From Desulfovibrio sp. (lineage in GTDB: Bacteria > Desulfobacterota > Desulfovibrionia > Desulfovibrionales > Desulfovibrionaceae): DNA of 32,000 nt. The first letter of the stretch is position 1. Each line of letters starts with the position of its first letter. The notes below the pieces were generated by a model, which worked only from the letters and a program-made list of their open reading frames with translations, was not told the DNA's origin and made no database searches. A program made the translations under genes and the position numbers. The stretch spans positions 1,584-33,583 of the forward strand of contig NZ_JAGZUV010000003.1 of assembly GCF_018379785.1 (NCBI RefSeq). Direction: 5' to 3'. Below are positions 26,522 through 32,000 of this stretch, piece after piece.

Positions 26522-28607
26522 AATCAGCCTCTACTTGTTCGGAAGTGTGGGCCGACGCGGGCGAAGCAGCGGCCGCGGACGTGACCACATACCAGGAGGC
26601 CGGACGCGGGAAATACAGGGAATCACTAATGCCGGATGGATAGGCCGCAGTCGTGCCGGGCGCGGGAATTTTGGCGCGGGTTGAAAAGGTGGGATCGAGG
26701 AAATAGAGGATTTGCCGCCCGTAAATAGCGGAATAGCCCGCCGTGAAAATGAGCATATCCCCCGGCGTGGCGTGGCCCTGTTCGTCTTTGGACAGTCCCG
26801 GCAAGCGCATACATTCATCCGGCGTCAGGAGATTACGGGCCGTTTCCGTGACGTTGACCGAGGCATTTTTTAGGTGGCCGGTTCGAGAGCCGGACAACGA
26901 CACCTTTTCTTCGACAACGGTAGTTTTTCCCGTCATTTTTGACAGGATTTCCGCCGTTTCTACCGTGTTCGGGGCGTAAGCGATCCGTACATGGCAATTG
27001 GCCATTAAAGCGTTTTCTTTGCCATAGACCGCATTCAATTGGGTAATATCCTGAACAATGAGATAGACCTTGCCACCATAGCCCGCGATGTAGGCCAAGG
27101 CTTTTTCCATAATCGGCAGCTTGCCCAGGGACGTGAACTCGTCCAGCATGAGCAAAAGCCGGTGTTTGTACCCGGCTTTGCTGGAACCATCCGCAAACTC
27201 CATTTTCGCGCAGACGCGGCGGATAATCATATCCACCATGAGCCGGATTAACGGTTTCATCCGATCTATGTCAGCCGGGGAAATGACAAGATACAAATTC
27301 ACCGGATTTTCCGCGTTCATGAGGTCATGAATGCGAAAATCACAGCGAGACGTGTTCAGCGCCACCACCGGATCGCGGTACAGGGCAAGATTTGTCAGGG
27401 CCGTGGACACGACGCCGGAGGCTTCATTTTCCGCCTTATTGAGCATTTCCCGCGCACTGGACGCGATGAAGACATGGGCTTTCTGGGCATAGTCCCCGGC
27501 ATCCCCATCGGGCGCGGTGTCAGGAAAGATTTTATGCAGCATGGCCGCATGGTCGGTTTTGACCATTTCATCAAAAAGTTGCTGAATGGTGCGGGATTCA
27601 TCGGCCAACATGCAGCCCAGATCGTAGAGCGTGGCGCAACGGTCTTGCTCATGCCGGACCATGATGCAGCAATGGAGCAGCGCCCCGGCCAGCATAGCGA
27701 ACGCCGCTTTGCTCCAATGGTCTTCAAGACCTTTGCCCGCAGGATCGACCAGCATAGCCGCCATATTCTGAGCGTCGGGAATAGCCAGCATGGAATCAAG
27801 ACGGATTTCCTCCATAGGATTGAAGAAGGCGGACGCGCCGGACATATCCGAAGGGTCGAACCGGAGCGCCGTTTGCCCTTGCGAACGGCGGAAACCAGAC
27901 GTAAGCGCCCAGTTTTCGCCCTTTATGTCTAAAACCAATGTGGAACCTTCCCAGGCCAACAGCGTGGGCAGAATGAGGCCCACGCCTTTACCGGAACGGG
28001 TAGGCGCGAAGCACAAGACGTGTTCCGGGCCGTTGTGCCGGAGGTACATTTGCCGTTCCCGACGCACGGGCGGACGATATGAGCGCAGGAACCAGACCAG
28101 CACGGCCCGACGCGCCACGGCGGACCAGTAGGCAAAGCCCGTAATGTGCTTGACCCATCCGCCGACATACACGCCCTTTCCGTCCATATAGCCCATGCGG
28201 CGGATCTCTTTTTCATTCGCCCATCGGGCCGAGCCGTGTAGCCGGGCGTCACCTTTCAACTTCTTCATAAAGGTGAACCACACGGCGAGGAGTAGGAATT
28301 GCGGGCAGAGGAACAGGGCTTGGCTTTGGGTTATGGCCTGTTCCATGAAGCCCGGATCATTGGCCCCGAATGCCTCTTGCCAGTGGAAAATCGCCCACGG
28401 CGCATACCAGCGGACGCCGAAGGCCGATCCCCAGGACGCGCCCAAGGCCGGATCGTACCCGTAGAACGCCGCTACCCGTTGCGTGGTCAGAATCAGGCAG
28501 GCAAGGCCGAGCAGCAGCACGAAAGGCAGATACAGCAAGCGCCAATTGCGGGAGCGTTCCGGGGAACCAAGGCCGAAGGAATTGTGTTGCGTGGAAGACG
28601 CACACAT
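26496..28607 (-). CDS. traG: Type IV coupling protein TraG/VirD4
   Basis: CFAPTRSGKGVGLILPTLLAWEGSTLVLDIKGENW; LLMLDEFTSLGKLPIMEKALAYIAGYGGKVYLIVQDITQL. Confidence 0.95.
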   Translation of the reverse strand: MCASSTQHNSFGLGSPERSRNWRLLYLPFVLLLGLACLILTTQRVAAFYGYDPALGASWGSAFGVRWYAPWAIFHWQEAFGANDPGFMEQAITQSQALFLCPQFLLLAVWFTFMKKLKGDARLHGSARWANEKEIRRMGYMDGKGVYVGGWVKHITGFAYWSAVARRAVLVWFLRSYRPPVRRERQMYLRHNGPEHVLCFAPTRSGKGVGLILPTLLAWEGSTLVLDIKGENWALTSGFRRSQGQTALRFDPSDMSGASAFFNPMEEIRLDSMLAIPDAQNMAAMLVDPAGKGLEDHWSKAAFAMLAGALLHCCIMVRHEQDRCATLYDLGCMLADESRTIQQLFDEMVKTDHAAMLHKIFPDTAPDGDAGDYAQKAHVFIASSAREMLNKAENEASGVVSTALTNLALYRDPVVALNTSRCDFRIHDLMNAENPVNLYLVISPADIDRMKPLIRLMVDMIIRRVCAKMEFADGSSKAGYKHRLLLMLDEFTSLGKLPIMEKALAYIAGYGGKVYLIVQDITQLNAVYGKENALMANCHVRIAYAPNTVETAEILSKMTGKTTVVEEKVSLSGSRTGHLKNASVNVTETARNLLTPDECMRLPGLSKDEQGHATPGDMLIFTAGYSAIYGRQILYFLDPTFSTRAKIPAPGTTAAYPSGISDSLYFPRPASWYVVTSAAAASPASAHTSEQVEADYARYLDAS

Positions 28608-28679
28608 AACGACACTCCATAAAAGAGGCCGTCATGCGGCGCTGAGTTGGGACGCGAGGCCCGCAGCGGATAAGGCGAA

Positions 28680-29894
28680 TTACTTTAGATTATAAGGATG
28701 CTGAAAAACGAGGTCTTTTGTCACGACGAGATTGAACTGATAGCCCGGCCGTATTTCCAGCGTAGGCGTGATATTCAAATTTTTCTGCAACAATTGGAGC
28801 GAGGCTTGCCCCATTTGCGCGGCCAGGGCGGACCCCATTTCATCCTGTAGCGTCGGATTGTTATTGTTCCCGCCATTATCGCCGCCCATTGAATCCATCG
28901 TGTAGGCCATGCCGCCCGTGACCAGGGACATAATCGCAGCGGAACCAAAAATACGAAGATAATGATTGTTGATTCCGTCCGTATACCCCGCATAACCGGA
29001 CATATCCGCGCCGGGCATGGCCCCCAGGGTGACGGCGGACCCGTCAGGAAAGATCAACCGATTCCAGGCCACAAGTACGCGCTCTTGCCCGTAAACGACG
29101 CGGGAATCATAGACGCCGTAGAGCTTTGCGCCGCGAGGAATCAACAATTGTTGCCCCGTGCCTGTGTCGAACACATTTTGACTGACTTGCGCGATAATGG
29201 TTCCCGGCAGATCGGAATTGATCCCCGTGAGCATGACGCCGGGGATCACCGCCCCGGTTTTGATTTCAAGAGGTTGCCCCGGCGTCCGAGAGTGCGGCAG
29301 AATCCAAGCCGAATCCCGCGCCGAAGAGCGATCAAAAAAAGCCTCCTTGTCTTTGTTGGCGGCGGGATCGTAGCCGTTATCCCGCAGCGCCGAGGCGTCA
29401 ATGCCGTTACCCTGTTCCCGGCCTACGGGTTCCGGGCTGGACGATTGCGCCGGAGCGCCGCCCGCCGTCACACTCGCTTTTTTGACGGCCAGAGGCGAGG
29501 ACAGCGCCGAAAGGTAGGCTTGCGACCGCATCCGGCGTATGTTGTCTCTTTCCTGCTGATCGGCGGGTTTCTGGCCGTCATCCCGGACCACTATCAACGG
29601 TTCCGGCTTGCCTGAAACGACCGCTTGAGGAGTGGCAAGCCCCTGAGAACCGGCAGGAGGCAACGCCAGCCCGTTGCCTTCTCCCGCAATCAACGGGTTT
29701 TCCTGTTCCTTAATATCTACTTTTTGGGTTTGCGCGGCCTCCTCTTCCGGGTTATGCGCGAAATTCACACTGTAGACGAGCACACCAACCAGCAGCAACC
29801 CGGCGCAGATAACGGCATACAGAGGCCAGCGCCGCATTTTGACCACACCATCGGGCGGCAACGGTTCAAAACTGTTCGGAGAATCGGTGGACAT
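28680..29894 (-). CDS. trbI: TrbI/VirB10-family conjugal transfer protein
   Basis: Single N-terminal TM, Pro/Gln-rich, QGNGIDASALRDNGYDP...LIPRGAKLYGVYDSRVVYGQERVLVAWNRLIFPDGSAVTLGAMPGADMSGYAG. Confidence 0.93.
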   Translation of the reverse strand: MSTDSPNSFEPLPPDGVVKMRRWPLYAVICAGLLLVGVLVYSVNFAHNPEEEAAQTQKVDIKEQENPLIAGEGNGLALPPAGSQGLATPQAVVSGKPEPLIVVRDDGQKPADQQERDNIRRMRSQAYLSALSSPLAVKKASVTAGGAPAQSSSPEPVGREQGNGIDASALRDNGYDPAANKDKEAFFDRSSARDSAWILPHSRTPGQPLEIKTGAVIPGVMLTGINSDLPGTIIAQVSQNVFDTGTGQQLLIPRGAKLYGVYDSRVVYGQERVLVAWNRLIFPDGSAVTLGAMPGADMSGYAGYTDGINNHYLRIFGSAAIMSLVTGGMAYTMDSMGGDNGGNNNNPTLQDEMGSALAAQMGQASLQLLQKNLNITPTLEIRPGYQFNLVVTKDLVFQHPYNLK

Positions 29895-29903
29895 ACGGCC
29901 CCC

Positions 29904-30401
29904 TTAGTCGTTCAAGGCGTGGGCGGCTTTGTCATACGCGGCCCCGGCCTTGTTCGCGGCTTTTTCCAGTAAAGGACGAGGCGCCACGGCTTCCGTTTGG
30001 GAGCGTCCGGCTTCAGGCAGGCCCGCCGCGTCGTAGACTCTGGCCAGCGCCTTGCCGTCTGAAAGTCTCAGTTGCAGATACCACGCGGCATCGTCCCGCA
30101 GCTCGTCCAGCGTGTAGGCCACGGCCAGGGCGTCTTTTCGGTCTTCCATTAAAAGTGTGAACCCCCGTGACCGCAAGCCGTTTTCCAGAGCATGAGCAAA
30201 GGCGTTTTCCGCCTTGGCGGGCATAAGGAAAAGCGCGGTATGGCCGGGCGGATACGACGAAGCCAGGAAAGACACGGCATCTTGCGCCACCTGGACCACG
30301 GCGGTATCCGAAGGCAAAGGACCGCAGAAGGAGCCGGACAGGCCGCGCCCCGCGCAGCCGGAGAGCAGCAGAGCCAACAAGAGAAAAACAGCGCGTTTCA
30401 T
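29904..30401 (-). CDS. trbH: TrbH-like conjugal transfer lipoprotein
   Basis: Lipobox MKRAVFLLLALLLSGCAG; position between trbG and trbI. Confidence 0.8.
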   Translation of the reverse strand: MKRAVFLLLALLLSGCAGRGLSGSFCGPLPSDTAVVQVAQDAVSFLASSYPPGHTALFLMPAKAENAFAHALENGLRSRGFTLLMEDRKDALAVAYTLDELRDDAAWYLQLRLSDGKALARVYDAAGLPEAGRSQTEAVAPRPLLEKAANKAGAAYDKAAHALND

Positions 30402-31324
30402 TTCCGGCCCCCTTCTCTGACGATTTCGATTTTTTGTTGATCGCCCCCCACGCCGACGATCAGCGCCAGCTTGTCAAAAATGCCGTCAACGACAATGGCC
30501 GAGTCTTTGACCCGGTAATTGACCAGTACATCTTTATTGCCTTTACGGACCAGGAGCACGGGCATTTCCCCGGACGCGGCGGATTTCGGCAGACGGATGA
30601 ACATTTGCCGCCCATCGTCATAGACCCGTTCCGGCGTCCAAGGCGCTTTCCCTTTGACTCCATAGGCAAAATTCAAATCGGACAAATCCCGGCGTTCCCC
30701 GTCTACCGTTGTACTTTCCCAGGTTGCCCGCCTTGTTTCGGCGGCTTTGCGGGCGGCAGCCGTGCGCCGCAGATCATCCGAGTACACAAAACCGACATAG
30801 GGTGTATGGCCGGAGCGTTGAGAAACAAGCCGCAGGTGATAGACCCGGCGATCCGTGGTAACTACGGCTGAACTTTCAAGCCCGGCGTCCACCGGCTTGA
30901 TGAACAGATGCACGGTAGCGGCGGGACCGGAACCCGCCGTGCCGGAATCCACCATCCACCGGGCCGAATCCCCTACTACAATTTCATTGACCGTTTCGCC
31001 TGATTCAAGTTCAACGTCGCAAACTTGCATTGGTACGGCCAAGATCGTGGGAAGACTGGCCCCATGCACAAAAACCACCTTGCCGCCGCTTCCCAGGACC
31101 GGCGCGACGTTACGCCGGGACCAGTCCGCCGAGAGATGCAAAGCGTGTTTTTCCTTATCCGTGAGCGGCACGGTGGACGGGCTGATATAGTCTACTTCCG
31201 AGACTACCGGCGAACCGGATTCCAGAGCCGGAGGATAGCCAGCCGGAACCACTGAGGGAGGAGACGCCGCCCAGACCGGGCAAGCGTAAAAACACGCGAA
31301 CAACAAGAGCATTATTTTTTTCAT
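30398..31324 (-). CDS. trbG: TrbG/VirB9-family conjugal transfer protein
   Basis: Signal peptide MKKIMLLLFACFYACPVWA; VVTTDRRVYHLRLVS...YVGFVYSDD...WTPERVYDDGRQMFIRLPKS. Start taken at 31324 instead of the track's 31639. Confidence 0.92.
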   Translation of the reverse strand: MKKIMLLLFACFYACPVWAASPPSVVPAGYPPALESGSPVVSEVDYISPSTVPLTDKEKHALHLSADWSRRNVAPVLGSGGKVVFVHGASLPTILAVPMQVCDVELESGETVNEIVVGDSARWMVDSGTAGSGPAATVHLFIKPVDAGLESSAVVTTDRRVYHLRLVSQRSGHTPYVGFVYSDDLRRTAAARKAAETRRATWESTTVDGERRDLSDLNFAYGVKGKAPWTPERVYDDGRQMFIRLPKSAASGEMPVLLVRKGNKDVLVNYRVKDSAIVVDGIFDKLALIVGVGGDQQKIEIVREGGRK

Positions 31325-31334
31325 GGTGTTTCCC

Positions 31335-32000
31335 TTATTCGGTTTGAGCCGGAGCGCCGGAAACGGCACCAGAAGAGGAACGCGACGGAGCGCCCACAAC
31401 CTTACCCGCCGACAAAGCCGTGATGTAAATCCCGCCCGGATTACGCAGTAAGACCGCATCCGTTTGGGGTGGGTTGATCTGGATCGTGGCCGTGGCTTCA
31501 TAGGTGTGCTGTTCCAACAGCGCCCCCGCATGACTGCGGACGGTTTCCGTCCATTCGACCCGGTAGGAATCGGCACTGACCGGCAGGGGTAAGCTTTTGA
31601 TCTCCACATGGACCAGTTTACCCGACTTGGCGATTTCATAGGGGTTATTCGTTTCGTACCATTCCTTCAAAACGCCCTTTGCCGAACCGGCCATGAAGTA
31701 GGACAAGCGGGAAATCATCTTTTTCTGTAGTTCCACATCCGCCGTCACCGTGCGCCAATCGGCAACACAAGCCGCGATTTCCGACTGAATAAGCCGTTGC
31801 GGCGTGACGCTGGCCACATCGGCGCGGGCGACCACGGCAGACTTGCCGAGCTTGTCCACTTCGATGATGTAGGGGATCGTTTTGACTTGGTTTGCCTGAA
31901 TCACGTTGCCAGTGATGGAAATTCCCGTGATGATCAGACAGAAAAAAGCCACTGTGCGCCATTGTGCGGCCCGGCTGATATAGCCGCCGTATCGTTCAAG
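31335..32000 (-). CDS. trbF: TrbF/VirB8-family conjugal transfer protein (N-terminus beyond window)
   Basis: Frame open to edge: LERYGGYISRAAQWRTVAFFCLIITGISITGNVIQANQVKTIPYIIEVDKLG.... Confidence 0.92.
   Translation of the reverse strand, partial: LERYGGYISRAAQWRTVAFFCLIITGISITGNVIQANQVKTIPYIIEVDKLGKSAVVARADVASVTPQRLIQSEIAACVADWRTVTADVELQKKMISRLSYFMAGSAKGVLKEWYETNNPYEIAKSGKLVHVEIKSLPLPVSADSYRVEWTETVRSHAGALLEQHTYEATATIQINPPQTDAVLLRNPGGIYITALSAGKVVGAPSRSSSGAVSGAPAQTE

Larger units (their letters stand above)
8092..32000. mobile_element. Integrative and conjugative element inserted at the ssrA 3' end; right boundary outside window
   Basis: Integrase immediately after the tmRNA CCA end, AlpA-like gene, IncP-like oriT, relaxase, TraG, TraF, TrbF/G/H/I, plus cargo. 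The second att copy is not in the window. Confidence 0.92.

Noticed and set aside
27327-27932. 201-aa and other plus-strand ORFs opposite the tra/trb genes (also 26531-26818, 28962-29615, 30434-30871)
   Set aside because: All are antisense shadows of well supported TraG, TrbI and TrbG coding regions.
8060-32000. Second copy of the ssrA 3' end (attR) ...ttcgattcccccc gcctccacca
   Set aside because: Looked for it on both strands by eye and did not see one; the right boundary is presumably outside the window.
8092-32000. CRISPR array, CBASS/Thoeris/restriction-type defence island
   Set aside because: No regularly spaced repeats and no cas, nuclease, cyclase or TIR genes seen; the single methyltransferase lacks a partner endonuclease and is better explained as protective or regulatory.

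Overview
The window spans a chromosome/mobile-element junction in what looks like a Desulfovibrio-type deltaproteobacterium. This taxonomic call is inferred from the tmRNA tag ANNDYDYAYAA and gene content. Positions 1-8091 are ordinary chromosome: pgm 3' end, a small membrane-protein gene that appears frameshifted, an RluB-type pseudouridine synthase, an RdgC-like protein, two DppB/DppC-type permeases, recN and ssrA (tmRNA). Directly at the 3' end of ssrA begins an integrative and conjugative element that runs off the right edge. It carries a P4-type tyrosine integrase, an AlpA-like regulator, a replication-like protein and a striking RP4/IncP-like oriT. These are followed by a lytic transglycosylase, a MobC/TraJ-like protein and a TraI-type relaxase with the HxDxxxxHxH motif. 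An eight-gene arsenic cargo operon follows: arsR - DUF318/ArsP-like permease - thioredoxin-like - acr3 - arsM - arsC - periplasmic thioredoxin - ccdA. Next come an ArdB/KlcA antirestriction gene, an accessory topoisomerase I, a phage-type adenine methyltransferase, and an ArdC/metallopeptidase/DUF5710/TOPRIM fusion. The window ends with traF, traG and the trbI-H-G-F genes. The most interesting non-coding signals are: (i) the oriT match; (ii) six near-identical 10-bp TTTACCCCCA motifs around and inside the 5' end of int; (iii) a 13-bp perfect hairpin between int and alpA that buries the alpA Shine-Dalgarno; (iv) two related interleaved (pseudoknot-topology) stem pairs flanking the klcA region; (v) a structured klcA leader with no canonical start codon for an apparent N-terminal extension. 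I did not find a clearly new defence system. The claims rest on reading the sequence and remembered family motifs; no database search was run.
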